From the NCBI GenBank assembly GCA_050012755.1, contig JBEKGO010000032.1, forward strand, positions 1 through 28,665: a stretch of 28,665 nt of DNA. The letters run 5' to 3'. Shown here one piece after another: positions 26,523 to 28,665 of this stretch. The notes under the pieces are model-generated. The model did no database searches, was not told the origin of the DNA, and worked only from the letters and a program-made list of their open reading frames with translations. The translations under genes and the position numbers were made by a program. The DNA comes from Candidatus Bathyarchaeia archaeon. GTDB taxonomy: Archaea; Thermoproteota; Bathyarchaeia; Bathyarchaeales; Bathycorpusculaceae. The stretch's first letter is position 1. Every line of letters starts with the position of its first letter.

Positions 26523-28166
26523 CTAAGTGCTCTCAATATCATTTGAGTTAAGCTCAAAGCCGCAGAACGGACAGAATTTCTTGCTCAATGGAAGTTGCTT
26601 ACCGCAGTTAGCACAGAACTTAATCTCTGGTTGTTCAACAGTTGCTTGCGAAGGTTCGGCTGCCATTTTACCCATCGGTTTTTTTGCCTTATCTGACTTC
26701 TTTCGTATAAATAGCCCAACATAACTTTGACTATTTGACTGAGTTTGTCCTTTCGTTCTTCGCTTAGAAATGGTAACAATTGGAGCGGCTATCAATAGAG
26801 TTATTGCAATAACAAGAACCATTACAATTAGGGGTTGATCTAAGAGGCTACTTGAAGATAATTGCGCTGCTTGTGCCCACCACTGGTTAACTGAATCTGG
26901 GTTGAAGGTTGAAACGTCATTCTGCAATTCCTGTGTTGTAAATCCGCTTTGCTGTTTTGGAGGAAGTGTGAGCAGCTGGTCTGTGCCTACAGTTATTGTA
27001 TTATTGGTGATTGGGTCAATGAATGCGACCGAGCCGCTGATAACTTGAACTGTGGCTGTTCCATCGGATGAGACATTTACAACATACTCTGTGCCTAAAC
27101 CCGCGAGCACTCCCTGCGCTATGTCTACAAGATGAGAAACGGATTCGTCAACATAAACGGAACCATGATGAAGCAAATACACACCTCCCTCAACGACTAC
27201 AGCAACAGCAGCCGCTGTCCCAATTGTTTCACTAAAAAACACAACTGCAATTGTGGCTTCCAATGGCATTGATATTACCATGTCCCAAAACCCTTCCCGC
27301 CAATTTGTAGATTCAGCCACACTAGGAGGAAACACTGAATAGACTATTCCATTGTCTGGTGCAGGCTGTGAAGTAAGACCTACCCACCCAGCCTCACTGT
27401 TTGAACCTAAATATACCGTTCCGCCCTGATTGGGAGGGGTAAAACTGACGATTGAATTGTCGCCTGTCAGAATTTGCGTGCCGCTTCCAATTTGACCAGA
27501 GACTGCTGATGTTTCACCGCCATTCGGATCTATGATATTTGCTTGGCCTTGTACTGCTCCAATGTTGCCAAAGAAGCGGCTTGTTGGGTTATAGGTTGGG
27601 TTAGAAGTTGGGATTTGAGTTGGGGCTGTGGTCGGTGAGCTTGTAAGAATGACAACTATTCCATTTTGGTCAGTTGTTTCAGATGTTCCTGTCAAAGTTG
27701 CAGTTATAATGTCTGTAGTGAATGTTCCGGACAAGTGTTCTTGGGTCAGTTGGCTTCCTTGCTCATCAGCTGAAAAGCTTGAACTTGAAACTGTTCCTGC
27801 AAACTCGATGGACATGCCGCCTGCTTCGGGAACACCGTTAAAACCATATTCATTATAGTAGGCGCTGTCCGTATGGTAACTTATAATGTTTGAACTCAAA
27901 ATGATGTCTATTTGGTTGCCTTGCTGAGTAATGTCCATTGCGAAGGTGGCGGTTATGTCATTCATTTTTGTGTTCGGGTCGGAAGGATCCATATCGTAGT
28001 AAGTACCGGAAACTGAGCTTTGCCATGTTCCAGTTAAATCTCTAGCGGGGGTAAGCTGAGCATGCAGAGGAGTTATCGCTATTGAAAATAGTAAAACAAA
28101 GCATATTGTTAATGCCACTGTTTTGGTCAATTTAAGGAACAATTTGGAAATTCTTGTTCTTTCCAT
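26523..28166 (-). CDS. Membrane protein: signal peptide, extracellular beta domain, FecR-like domain, TM, C-terminal zinc ribbon
   Basis: IGAVQGQANI..ILTGDNS..GTEYVVNV..TVQVISGSV (FecR-like); TM LIVMVLVIAITLLIAAPIVTI; CANCG...CPFCG. Confidence 0.8.
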   Translation of the reverse strand: MERTRISKLFLKLTKTVALTICFVLLFSIAITPLHAQLTPARDLTGTWQSSVSGTYYDMDPSDPNTKMNDITATFAMDITQQGNQIDIILSSNIISYHTDSAYYNEYGFNGVPEAGGMSIEFAGTVSSSSFSADEQGSQLTQEHLSGTFTTDIITATLTGTSETTDQNGIVVILTSSPTTAPTQIPTSNPTYNPTSRFFGNIGAVQGQANIIDPNGGETSAVSGQIGSGTQILTGDNSIVSFTPPNQGGTVYLGSNSEAGWVGLTSQPAPDNGIVYSVFPPSVAESTNWREGFWDMVISMPLEATIAVVFFSETIGTAAAVAVVVEGGVYLLHHGSVYVDESVSHLVDIAQGVLAGLGTEYVVNVSSDGTATVQVISGSVAFIDPITNNTITVGTDQLLTLPPKQQSGFTTQELQNDVSTFNPDSVNQWWAQAAQLSSSSLLDQPLIVMVLVIAITLLIAAPIVTISKRRTKGQTQSNSQSYVGLFIRKKSDKAKKPMGKMAAEPSQATVEQPEIKFCANCGKQLPLSKKFCPFCGFELNSNDIEST

Positions 28167-28272
28167 ATACTCATAACTCTATACTGACGATAAACTTCCT
28201 TTGGCAATTATGGATATATAACATGTATGAAGCACGAATCATTGAAAAAATATGCGATAACTCTTCCGTCAC

Positions 28273-28365
28273 TTAATTTGACTTTTTTTTACGAATTTTG
28301 ACGTTTTTAGACTCAACCTGCAATCTGTGCGAGCTCCAAATCAAAAAAACAACCCAAGACACAAA
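28273..28365 (+). repeat. 10-bp-phased TTTTGAC array (4 units) + conserved core, copy 2
   Basis: ttaatttgac ttttttttac gaattttgac gtttttagac tcaacctgca-N20-aaaaaaacaacccaagacacaaa. Confidence 0.85.
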
Positions 28366-28410
28366 GAACAAAACTTGGGCAAAAACCATTTAGTATTTGA
28401 CCATAGTTTT

Positions 28411-28537
28411 CGCACAATTCAACACAAAATTACACAAATAAACACATTTTAGCACATTTGAACACATTTTAGCTACAAATCCACACAAAAAACACGCAAC
28501 CTGCAAAGAATTTAAGATCTGCCGCAAAAAAGCAACC
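28411..28537 (+). repeat. 10-bp-phased CACA array (~8-9 units) + conserved core, copy 3
   Basis: cgcacaattc aacacaaaat tacacaaata aacacatttt agcacatttg aacacatttt ... gcaacctgca-N20-aaaaaagcaacc. Confidence 0.8.
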
Positions 28538-28665
28538 TGAAGCAGCCTGTTCAAAAATGGCAACACAAATGTTGTTACTTTTCTTTTAATCGTGATAAAA
28601 ATCGCCAATTAACTTTTGTATATACAAATGTACTGACAAAATGTATATATTTTGACCTATAGGTA

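Noticed and set aside
28390-28608. 72-aa minus-strand ORF
   Set aside because: Lies across the periodic CACA array and core; its composition reflects the repeat.

Overview
Archaeal chromosomal segment. EF-1alpha, archaeal-type LeuRS and TyrRS, and a short ERCC4-HhH XPF point to the TACK superphylum; the style of the surface-protein anchors suggests Bathyarchaeia (inference). The housekeeping backbone is: hybrid histidine kinase (truncated at the left edge), tRNA-Pro(CGG), xpf, tuf, GT2, glyoxalase, rnhA, leuS, a stand-alone receiver, an HPrK-like P-loop protein, apgM, an ABC-2 transporter, an SDR, a Toprim gene interrupted by an in-frame TGA, and tyrS. Two accessory patches sit directly upstream of aminoacyl-tRNA synthetase genes. 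The first (~8640-13000) has two vapBC modules, each next to a copy of a ~116-bp direct repeat, several orphan membrane-anchor gene ends, a 39-aa class III signal-peptide-like ORF and a PEF-CTERM surface protein. The second (~24690-28665) has a probable Cas1 C-terminal remnant, a HEPN (RxxxxH) protein, GACT/GA low-complexity tracts, a YdeI-like protein and a FecR-like/zinc-ribbon membrane protein. The most unusual non-coding signal occurs three times: an array of 10-bp-phased repeats abutting a fixed core CAACCTGCA-N20-AAAAAARCAACC. All calls were made by eye; no searches were run.
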